Source of the DNA: Pirellulaceae bacterium
GTDB lineage: Bacteria > Planctomycetota > Planctomycetia > Pirellulales > Pirellulaceae
DNA length: 19,078 nt
Reading direction: 5' to 3'
NCBI GenBank assembly: GCA_046595915.1
Contig: JBKJSI010000430.1
Coordinates: 1-19,078 of the forward strand
The notes below the pieces were generated by a model. It did not search any database. It saw only the letters and a program-made list of their open reading frames with translations, and was not told where the DNA came from. Every line of letters starts with the position of its first letter. Within the stretch, counting starts at the first letter, position 1. The translations under genes were made by a program, and so were the position numbers. Shown piece by piece: positions 8,296 through 15,891 of the stretch.

Positions 8296-8694
8296 GTGAC
8301 TTAACAATGCAGTGGGCGAGGCACGGAGTCCTCGCGAATGCTTGTTGCCCAGCTCAACGCGAGCCAAATCCTTTACGGCCAACTCGATTGGATTCAAATC
8401 GTCATCTATTTCTAGCCAAATTACTTTCGCAACTCTTTCGGCTATTCGCAGATTTTTCTTTCACGCCGCCGAGGGTATTTCTTAGCGAGGAATCAACAGA
8501 AATTCCGCTGCCTCCGCCGACGCCACCTGCGGCCGCGACTACTGATGGTGCGCCTCCGGCGCCGCCGAATCTGACCGAGCCGACTTTGCTTTTAAATCAT
8601 ATGAAATGGAACGTTGCGAAATTGGCTTTGGCCATGTGGCTACGCTATAGTGTTTCGCATCTTGGTTAACGCGAAATTCGACGCGAGGTCTCGG

Positions 8695-9741
8695 ATGCGC
8701 AGTTACTTGAAACCTTTCTGGCGACGCCCGCAGTTTTCGTTGGCGACTTTTATGGTCGTTATTGCGTTGACCTCCGTCCCTTTTGCCTATGTGCAGTACC
8801 GCCGGTCTTGGAATACCCGGCGAATGGAGGCCAGGCGTAAGCTGGTTCAGCTCGGGGTTCAGTTTGCTTCAAAGTCGACGAATCCCTACCAATATCGCTG
8901 GCGAACGCTGATCGACTCGATCTTTCTGGAAGATGGTTATCAAGCCCTTCATGTGCATGACGGTTGGGGCCCTTCGACTGGGCAACCGCCCTCCAAATTC
9001 GACTCTTATCCGCTTCAATATTTTCCTGAAATGGAAACGCTTGCGCTGGGTCCCGCTCCCTATGTCAATGATGAGATGCTCGGAGTCGTCGCTGTTTTGC
9101 CACGCCTTGAGTATTTAAGCGTTTCCGGCGTCAGCGGCAGTTTTTTGCAGCGCCTTCCGTCTCACTCCAAGATTGAAACGCTTCGAATTCGCGGCATGGC
9201 CAGTCCTTGCTCGCTCGGTTTGGCTCGGTTAAGCAGCCTTGCCCATCTGAAGGAACTCGAAATCGGCGGGGCTACGAATCTGAGCGATGAATGTTTTCGA
9301 GGCGTTGAACTGCCCGAATCGATCGAAGAGTTGGTGCTCAATGACTGTAGGGTCGGCGATCAGACACTCGTTCGCTGGCTCACAAATTGCAAGTTCAAGA
9401 AGTTAACCCTCAACGTTCCGATGACTCGAGGTATTTCGCGCGCGCTGGCAGGCCAAACGGAATTGGAGGAGCTTGATCTCCAAGGGGCTCCCTTGATTGA
9501 TGACGATTTTGAGTTCTTGTCTCGTTGCAAGCGATTGAAGATATTGTGTCTGCGAGACGTGCCTGTCTGCGGCGACTTTTTGGGGAAAATGACGGGTCTG
9601 AAGAATCTTGAGAAACTCGAACTAATCGATACGCTGACGCCCCCATCACGGGTTCGCAGTTTTTGGCTGACGGTTCGTAGGTCGCAAGGTCTTGAGGCAA
9701 ACGCCGCGGAGGTTGAGAATGAAGCTCAGCGCGCACAGTAA
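8695..9741 (+). CDS. Leucine-rich-repeat protein with an N-terminal signal-anchor/TM helix (planctomycete-type LRR protein).
   Basis: An ATG at 8695 is preceded by GAGGT. An N-terminal TM helix (FSLATFMVVIALTSVPFAYV) is followed by repeated LxxLxLxxC/N motifs (LEYLSVSG, LKELEIGG, IEELVLNDC, LEELDLQGA, LKILCLRDV, LEKLELID). The track ORF starting at 8614 adds 27 unsupported codons. Confidence 0.75.
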   Translation: MRSYLKPFWRRPQFSLATFMVVIALTSVPFAYVQYRRSWNTRRMEARRKLVQLGVQFASKSTNPYQYRWRTLIDSIFLEDGYQALHVHDGWGPSTGQPPSKFDSYPLQYFPEMETLALGPAPYVNDEMLGVVAVLPRLEYLSVSGVSGSFLQRLPSHSKIETLRIRGMASPCSLGLARLSSLAHLKELEIGGATNLSDECFRGVELPESIEELVLNDCRVGDQTLVRWLTNCKFKKLTLNVPMTRGISRALAGQTELEELDLQGAPLIDDDFEFLSRCKRLKILCLRDVPVCGDFLGKMTGLKNLEKLELIDTLTPPSRVRSFWLTVRRSQGLEANAAEVENEAQRAQ

Positions 9742-10037
9742 TCTCGGACCTTCGAAACCCGATCTAGAGACTTTGCTCGCTTAATCTCGTACTCGAGCAC
9801 TTCCAGGATTTGGCGTGTTTGCGCCGGGCTATAGGCGATATCGCCCGACTCTTCGGAACATTCCCTACGAAACAAGGAAGCAGATTGGGCAGTAATAACC
9901 ACGACCATACCTGAATTCAGCATGGCTCCCTGAACGCGGTCCTATCTTTGTCTAACAGCGAAATCACAGCTTGAATCAGGGCGTAGATTATCGCTGAAGA
10001 CGTAAACAAGCTGGACGGCCGAACGGTTGCAATCTTC

Positions 10038-12437
10038 ATGTCCTCTCGATTACAAAACATCGCTCTTCCGGCCTACAAATTGATTGGCGCAATCCGTGAC
10101 CGCCTCGGTTCATTCGCGTCGCGTTACCGGCGCATTTGCAATTTCGGATCTTACGCGGCTCTCGGTGTGTTGATCGCCGGATTTACGCTGACCTGGTTGG
10201 CCGCGTTTCGAACGGTGCAACAAACAGAACAGCAAAATCAAGCCGTCTTCGAAAAGCTGTCGGAGCGCGCGGTTCAGGAAGTGCAGCGGCGGATTGGTCG
10301 ATACGAATATGGCTTGCTGGGAACAAGGGGAATATTTGTCGCGAGTGACCTTGTCACTCAAGAAGACTTCCTTGCCTATGCCAATTCACTCAAATTGGAG
10401 ATCGATTTTCCGGGCGCGACGAGCCAAGGATTCATCCAACGCGTGAAACGGAGTGAACTCAAAACGTTTCTCGAACAATTCTCTGGTGATCGTCCATTGC
10501 ATTTCACATTTCGCGCCACCGAGAACGGCGATGAATACTGGGTGGTGAAATACGTCGAACCGATCGTGAGAAATCTCGACTTGCGAGGCTTTGACATCGC
10601 AAGCGACGCATCCATTCAAGGCGCGGCGCTTCAATCGATGAGGTCGGGAATGCCTTCGGCGATCAAAACAGGGCTTACTTTTCCACACCAAGGATCGTCG
10701 AACGCACTGCTTTGCCTACTGCCAATCTATCGCCGTGGCGTCGCACAAAACTCGTCGAAAGCGCTAGAGCGGGCATGCATTGGCTGGAGTTTTATGACGG
10801 TTGATTCGGAGAAGGCATTTAGCGCCGTGACACAAGCCGCGGAAGAGAAGTTGGATGTGGAGATTTTTAACGATCAAGGCGCCTTGGTCGCTTCGATCGC
10901 TGCTGGCAACGAATCGTATACGAAAGCAGCGCAAGGAATCGAAACTGCGGAATCGCCAAATGCAACCGAACTTCGCAAGAGCGCGCCGTTACGCGTTTTT
11001 GGAGCGGAGTGGACTGTTCGAGTATGTTCGAATGAACATTTCGATCGCTCAGTGTGGACAGGCGGCGTCCTAGTCGTTTCATCGGTCGGTTTCGTGGTGA
11101 CCTTACTCGTCGCGGGACTTGTCTGGAATCTACAGACTTCGCAAGAACGTGCTTATCGGCTGGCTCGCAGCATGACCGTGGAACTCAAAATCGCTAAGGA
11201 AGAAGCCGAAGCGGCCAATCTCGCCAAGAGCGAGTTCCTCGCCAATATGAGTCACGAGATCCGCACGCCGATGACGGCGATTATGGGCTTTGCCGACTTG
11301 CTCGACGAATTTGGCGATCGCAAATCGGCGCCGCGCCAACGATTGGAATATATCGCCACGATTCGCCGCAATAGCGAACACCTACTCGCGATTATCAATG
11401 ATATTCTTGACCTTTCCAAGATTGAGGCAGGCAAACTCATCGTCGAGCGAATGCCTACCGACGTTGTGCAAATCGTGCATGACATTCTCTCACTGATGAA
11501 TGTTCGAGCGGTCGCGAAAGGCATTGTCCTGGAAGGTGAGTTGGCGACGGCGATCCCCGCGATGATCTATTGCGATCCGATTCGGCTTCGACAGATCCTG
11601 GTTAACCTGGTTGGAAACGCGATCAAGTTTACGGATACGGGTTCGGTAAAGATCGCCGTTCGATATCTGAACGAGGGAAATGGCACGCTTCAGTTTGACG
11701 TAATGGATACCGGAATCGGCCTGACACCTGAACAGATCGGCACGTTGTTTCAATCCTTCACCCAGGCGGATGCCGGGACGACGCGAAAATATGGCGGATC
11801 CGGACTGGGGCTTTGCATCAGCAAGCGCCTGTCAAATCTCTTGGGCGGCGACATTAGCGTGCGTAGCATGCATGGACGAGGAAGTGTTTTCAGTGTGACG
11901 ATTCGCGGCGAAGCGGCAACGCGAAAGGGTGAAATGCTGGCGGCGGGAAAAATCGGTGCGACGGAAGGATTGCAAATCGATCCTAACGCCGATGTTATGA
12001 AGCAAACAACCAATGCTCGCCCCCTGGAAGGACTGCGCATCTTATTGGCAGAGGATGGTCCAGATAACACGCGACTGATTGTGCATTTTCTCACCACGGC
12101 AGGCGCCCAAATCGACGCAGTTGAAAATGGTCGCTTGGCGGTTGAAAGGCTCTCCGTCAACGGCGATATCGATGAACAGTTGCTCGATCCACCGCCTTAC
12201 GATCTGCTCTTAACTGATATGCAAATGCCCGTCATGGATGGATTCATGGCGACGCGACTTTTGCGGGCCAAGGGCTGCCGAATGCCAATCGTCGCCCTGA
12301 CTGCCAACGCCATGAGCGGCGATGACGATCGCTGCAAAGCGGCTGGCTGCGATGATTACGCTTCGAAGCCGATTGCACGGGGCAAATTGATCAATACGAT
12401 CTTAAAGCAGCAAAAAGCGGTGGCGGTGATTCAATAG
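10038..12437 (+). CDS. Hybrid sensor histidine kinase/response regulator with an extracytoplasmic CHASE-like sensor domain. The order is TM, CHASE, TM, HisKA, HATPase_c, REC.
   Basis: Two TM helices bracket a roughly 300-aa extracytoplasmic domain carrying the CHASE-like signature ([50 protein letters not shown]). The H-box is [17 protein letters not shown]1/G2 boxes are present ([22 protein letters not shown]). The C-terminal receiver has the phospho-acceptor LLLTDMQMP and the conserved K in ASKPI. Confidence 0.9.
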   Translation: MSSRLQNIALPAYKLIGAIRDRLGSFASRYRRICNFGSYAALGVLIAGFTLTWLAAFRTVQQTEQQNQAVFEKLSERAVQEVQRRIGRYEYGLLGTRGIFVASDLVTQEDFLAYANSLKLEIDFPGATSQGFIQRVKRSELKTFLEQFSGDRPLHFTFRATENGDEYWVVKYVEPIVRNLDLRGFDIASDASIQGAALQSMRSGMPSAIKTGLTFPHQGSSNALLCLLPIYRRGVAQNSSKALERACIGWSFMTVDSEKAFSAVTQAAEEKLDVEIFNDQGALVASIAAGNESYTKAAQGIETAESPNATELRKSAPLRVFGAEWTVRVCSNEHFDRSVWTGGVLVVSSVGFVVTLLVAGLVWNLQTSQERAYRLARSMTVELKIAKEEAEAANLAKSEFLANMSHEIRTPMTAIMGFADLLDEFGDRKSAPRQRLEYIATIRRNSEHLLAIINDILDLSKIEAGKLIVERMPTDVVQIVHDILSLMNVRAVAKGIVLEGELATAIPAMIYCDPIRLRQILVNLVGNAIKFTDTGSVKIAVRYLNEGNGTLQFDVMDTGIGLTPEQIGTLFQSFTQADAGTTRKYGGSGLGLCISKRLSNLLGGDISVRSMHGRGSVFSVTIRGEAATRKGEMLAAGKIGATEGLQIDPNADVMKQTTNARPLEGLRILLAEDGPDNTRLIVHFLTTAGAQIDAVENGRLAVERLSVNGDIDEQLLDPPPYDLLLTDMQMPVMDGFMATRLLRAKGCRMPIVALTANAMSGDDDRCKAAGCDDYASKPIARGKLINTILKQQKAVAVIQ

Positions 12438-12592
12438 GAGTGCGAACTTCACAAAGAGTCGATGCTCCGAATCGGGTTGTTATCGGGGCTCGCATTCGCG
12501 GCGGACTATCCCCAAAATAGCTTTGCACCGAAACCAGCCCGCCGCAAGATCTTGCCGGCAGGCTGCGAGGCTACACATCTGGGAGATTGCTC

Positions 12593-13570
12593 ATGCCGAC
12601 CACCGGAACTCATGCGATTCTCGGCCCTCACAAGCGACTTGCGGGCGCAGCGTCCAAGGAGCGGTTTGCTTGTCAGCTATTTGACACGCTCTGGGAGCGA
12701 TATCGGCAACGAGTCTCCTACGTGCAGACGTATGAACAAGTCGTAGCGAGCGCTGGCGCGACGTTCTTCAATGACCATATCGCCTTTCGGACCATTGGCT
12801 GCGAACGCCCGGCGGTGGGGATTCACTCCCTGTCGCGAATTTTTGAAGCGTTGGGATACGTCGCAGCGGGAAACTATGTCTTCACCGACAAGCATTTGGC
12901 GGCAACCCATTTCCAGCATGCCAATCCACAGTTTCCTAAGATCTTCATTTCGGAACTAAGGCTATGGGAATTGCCGCGACCGGCGCGGGAGATCATTCAG
13001 CGCCTCTTAGATTCACATCGCGAACCGATTTCAGATGAATCGCTGGCGACGCTCTTTGACCTCGATCACACCGATGTGGGTCATGGCGACGTCGACGCAT
13101 GGGAGCGACTAATGGAAGTGGTCATAAGTCACTTTCAGGATTTGCCTTGGGACGCGCCTTCGCAAGCAGAAGTCGTCGCGATGAACAAACTCAGCCAATA
13201 TGGTGCGTGGGTGATGGTGCATGGCTACAACGTCAATCACTTCACATCGCTAGTCAATTCGCATGGCGTCGATGGACTCAATGACATCGAAAAGACCATC
13301 ACAGCGCTCGAGCAAGCCGGCGTGCCAATGAAGAAGGAGATTGAAGGGGAACGCGGGAGTAAGCTAAGGCAAACCGCAACCGAGGCAGTGAATATTCCAG
13401 TCGAGATGGTGGCCGAAGGAAAACGGGCAAAGTTACCTTGGACTTATGCGTACTTTGAATTGGCGCAGCGCGACAACGTCATTGACCCGATAACGGGAAA
13501 ACCGACTCGCTTTGAAGGTTTTCTAGGTCCACAGGCGACAAATCTGTTTGAAATGACGCGAGTGAAATAA
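12593..13570 (+). CDS. DUF1338 family protein (HglS/YdcJ-like putative Fe(II)-dependent 2-oxoadipate dioxygenase/decarboxylase, VOC fold), short form.
   Basis: An ATG at 12593 is preceded by GGGAG (12581-12585). The motifs FNDHIAFRT, LGYVAAGNYVF...HLAATHF and PKIFISEL match my recollection of the conserved DUF1338 blocks. The family assignment is from memory and is not verified by a search. Confidence 0.6.
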   Translation: MPTTGTHAILGPHKRLAGAASKERFACQLFDTLWERYRQRVSYVQTYEQVVASAGATFFNDHIAFRTIGCERPAVGIHSLSRIFEALGYVAAGNYVFTDKHLAATHFQHANPQFPKIFISELRLWELPRPAREIIQRLLDSHREPISDESLATLFDLDHTDVGHGDVDAWERLMEVVISHFQDLPWDAPSQAEVVAMNKLSQYGAWVMVHGYNVNHFTSLVNSHGVDGLNDIEKTITALEQAGVPMKKEIEGERGSKLRQTATEAVNIPVEMVAEGKRAKLPWTYAYFELAQRDNVIDPITGKPTRFEGFLGPQATNLFEMTRVK

Positions 13571-13668
13571 CTACAATCCGCGCCATCTCGATCCAGGTCG
13601 CATTTTTTTTGGGGTGACATGGCAATGGGTACTCTGAAGGCCATGTCCGAGGTTGCTTGATAATTCGC

Positions 13669-13941
13669 CTACTGCGGTCGCGGCCCCCAAAACATTTCAC
13701 TCCAGATCTGCGCCCGCTCTGCCTGCGGGACTTGCTGCATGTATTCGCGCGGCCTGGCGCCAACGACTGCGGGCCCAATCGAGCTATCAGGATAAGGATC
13801 CCAAATAGCGGCTTCGTAGCGTTGTTGGCGGATCGTACCGGGATTGAATAGGTTCGGATACTTAACGAACTGACTCGCGCAACCCAAGTTGCTTGAGGCG
13901 ACTAGCAGCAAGGCGATAACGAGAGTAATTCGGCGCAGCAC
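13669..13941 (-). CDS. Small secreted lipoprotein-like protein (90 aa). Its signal peptide, MLRRITLVIALLLVASSNLGC, is followed by an acidic/aromatic mature part.
   Basis: A GTG start is preceded by a strong RBS (GAGGAG, 7-nt spacer). It has a classic n-h-c signal peptide with a Cys after a lipobox-like NLG. It lies 120 bp downstream of, and on the same strand as, the HTTM gene. An 8-bp hairpin (gcgatagc/gctatcgc, 14007-14036) sits in the spacer. Confidence 0.5.
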   Translation of the reverse strand: MLRRITLVIALLLVASSNLGCASQFVKYPNLFNPGTIRQQRYEAAIWDPYPDSSIGPAVVGARPREYMQQVPQAERAQIWSEMFWGPRPQ

Positions 13942-14061
13942 AATCCGGCTCCTCGCCGCGAGAAGGTCGCAGCGCGCCCGCGATGGTAGTCTCCTGGAAG
14001 TGCATAGCGATAGCCGAAAATGTAAGTTGCTATCGCGAGGATGCTGGCAGTATCACTGATG

Positions 14062-15102
14062 TTAGCCCCGGACCCCGGCAAGCCTGGAACGCGGCGGGCC
14101 TTTATCTACGACTTCTTGTGGGCTTGAGTGGACTAGTTCCCATCCAAAGAGTCGGTGTAGCAATCGGGCGACAGATTGCACTCCACCATCGACCAGCTTG
14201 GGTGACAGGAAGCACATATTGGCAAAGATCATCGCCGCTCCAAAGGTCGGCATTCCCATAGCAACGCCAATGCCGCCATGAATTAGCACGGCGCACCCGA
14301 GCGCGAACCATCGAGTCGACTTAGGCCAAACCAAAGCTGGATAGGTAGCTTCCCAGAAGACAGTGAGATGAGTCATGAACGCGAGCACAATCGGCGCGTG
14401 CGCCAGCCACGTCATATTGAGCGATTGATATTGAAAACTCGCGAGCGCTTCCCAAACGGCGCTGCCATCCCACCAAGCTGGGCCCCGCATTTTTTCGACG
14501 CCCGAATAGAAGTAGACGATGCAAAGATGGATTTGAAGCAGACGAATTGCCAAGTTGACGCTGACAAATTCCTTGGGTCGCGCCGCTTCCGTCTCCTTGG
14601 AACGAAGCCAAGCGTCGATCGAGTAGCGTTCGCCGCATGGCCCAAGCATCAGATAGAGGGCCATCATGCCATTGACTTGATCAAGGCCGTATTGAAGCAA
14701 CGAAAATCGATGGGAATAGGAGATCGTCAAGAAGCAGGCAAGAACCGCCATTACACGAGTGCGATATCCGAGAGTGAAGAGTGCAAAAACGATCAGTGCG
14801 AGGATGTGGGCGGTCCAAATAACCGCCGTGTTTACCGGCAACCAATCAAAGTGGGTCCAGGCGAAAGAATAGTCTCGTCCCCAGCGCTCGAATACTTCGT
14901 GCGAGACTTTGGAAGGCGCCCAGCCGTGAGGGCCAATAATCTTGATGAGATCGAAAGACCAAATGAGGTGCGTATAGAACATCAATCCGCCGCTGAGCAC
15001 GCGCAAGAGGCAGAGAGTGTGGGGTTCGTTCTTGGCGAACCAAAAACGATCCCACTCAGCGATTCGATCTTTAAACCAGGTAGCGAGGAACTTTCTGATC
15101 AT
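14062..15102 (-). CDS. HTTM-domain polytopic membrane protein (vitamin-K-dependent gamma-carboxylase-like/SdpB-like family).
   Basis: The N-terminal signature (WFKDRIAEWDRFWFAKNEPHTLCLLRVLSGGLMFY) matches the HTTM consensus (DRFWF...R...G). About 8 TM helices are present across roughly 346 aa. Its start ATG overlaps the upstream gene's stop (ATGA, 15099-15102). Confidence 0.8.
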   Translation of the reverse strand: MIRKFLATWFKDRIAEWDRFWFAKNEPHTLCLLRVLSGGLMFYTHLIWSFDLIKIIGPHGWAPSKVSHEVFERWGRDYSFAWTHFDWLPVNTAVIWTAHILALIVFALFTLGYRTRVMAVLACFLTISYSHRFSLLQYGLDQVNGMMALYLMLGPCGERYSIDAWLRSKETEAARPKEFVSVNLAIRLLQIHLCIVYFYSGVEKMRGPAWWDGSAVWEALASFQYQSLNMTWLAHAPIVLAFMTHLTVFWEATYPALVWPKSTRWFALGCAVLIHGGIGVAMGMPTFGAAMIFANMCFLSPKLVDGGVQSVARLLHRLFGWELVHSSPQEVVDKGPPRSRLAGVRG

Positions 15103-15761
15103 TTCTTCAGTTCCTCCTCCTTGGGTGGTTGTTCGGGCAAAGTCTCAAACAGGCGCGGATCGGTGAGCGACCACCCGCTCATGAATTCTTGATAAGTCGG
15201 TGCTCGATGCACGACCCGATCGACAACCGCGTGGGTCCCGTGAAACTCGCGCGCGAGGCCTTGTTCAATTGCGTTCTTGAGAATCACATAGTTCGCCCTA
15301 CGCTTCACAATGTCTTTCCGAACATCCTCAGGGAGTTTTGGATCAGGCTCGTCGGCGACCATCCACATTTGATTGAGCGTTTCGCTGAGCATGAAATAGC
15401 GATGGTAGCGCAATCGCGGCAAATGTTCTGATTTGCTCGGAAATCGCCCTTCCTTGATCACATCTCCCGACGCATTGAAAACGCGGTAATCCACAACGTG
15501 CGTCGGTCCTGGATTTGGTGCGAAGAAGGAATACCCATGATCCAGGTAAAGCGGTTGATAATAGCGTTCAAATATCATGTCGGGATAATTCGCAAACGGC
15601 GAACCACCCTCCGGCGATGTCGTGATGAAGCGAAAAGGCGCCCAAAATACCGCCAGTACATGAAAGACGATCAAGCAGCTGACGACTGCCTTAACGCTAG
15701 GCGTCCAGAGAGTATTCACAGTTGCAGCGGCTGGCTTCATACCAGACCAATCGGCGCGCAC
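15099..15761 (-). CDS. Membrane-anchored 220-aa protein of unknown function, translationally coupled to the HTTM gene (candidate SdpA-like accessory).
   Basis: It is a long ORF with an N-terminal hydrophobic helix (AVVSCLIVFHVLAVFWAPF) followed by a soluble domain. Its stop overlaps the HTTM start. The start is either GTG at 15761 or ATG at 15740. Confidence 0.65.
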   Translation of the reverse strand: MRADWSGMKPAAATVNTLWTPSVKAVVSCLIVFHVLAVFWAPFRFITTSPEGGSPFANYPDMIFERYYQPLYLDHGYSFFAPNPGPTHVVDYRVFNASGDVIKEGRFPSKSEHLPRLRYHRYFMLSETLNQMWMVADEPDPKLPEDVRKDIVKRRANYVILKNAIEQGLAREFHGTHAVVDRVVHRAPTYQEFMSGWSLTDPRLFETLPEQPPKEEELKK

Positions 15762-15806
15762 GGAATGTGCGGCAAAGATTATTGATCGCGCGCCGCGCCA
15801 TGCCGG

Positions 15807-15851
15807 AAAACAAAAAAACCCTCGCTTTAGCCATAGCTAGAGCGAGGGTTT
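15807..15851 (-). terminator. Rho-independent terminator, possibly bidirectional. An 11-bp stem aaaccctcgct / agcgagggttt with a 14-nt loop is flanked by an A-run (15811-15818) and T-rich sequence.
   Basis: On the minus strand the hairpin is followed by TTTTTTTGTTTT, which is the canonical arrangement for terminating the upstream TIGR03000 gene (stop at 15892). It separates that gene from the HTTM cassette. Confidence 0.75.
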
Positions 15852-15891
15852 CAAATGTTAAAATCAGATTATTAAGAAAGCCAACGGCTGA

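Noticed and set aside
8223-8669. 148-aa plus-strand ORF in the flotillin-LRR spacer.
   Set aside because: It is a Pro/Ala/Thr low-complexity run with no start context and spans two hairpin elements.
10110-12160. Various short ORFs on both strands inside the histidine kinase gene.
   Set aside because: They lie entirely within a domain-complete HK reading frame and have no independent support.
13649-13660. 12-mer ttgataattcgc repeated at 13649 and 17172.
   Set aside because: Several exact 12-mer matches are expected by chance in 19 kb read on both strands, and the surrounding context is not similar.
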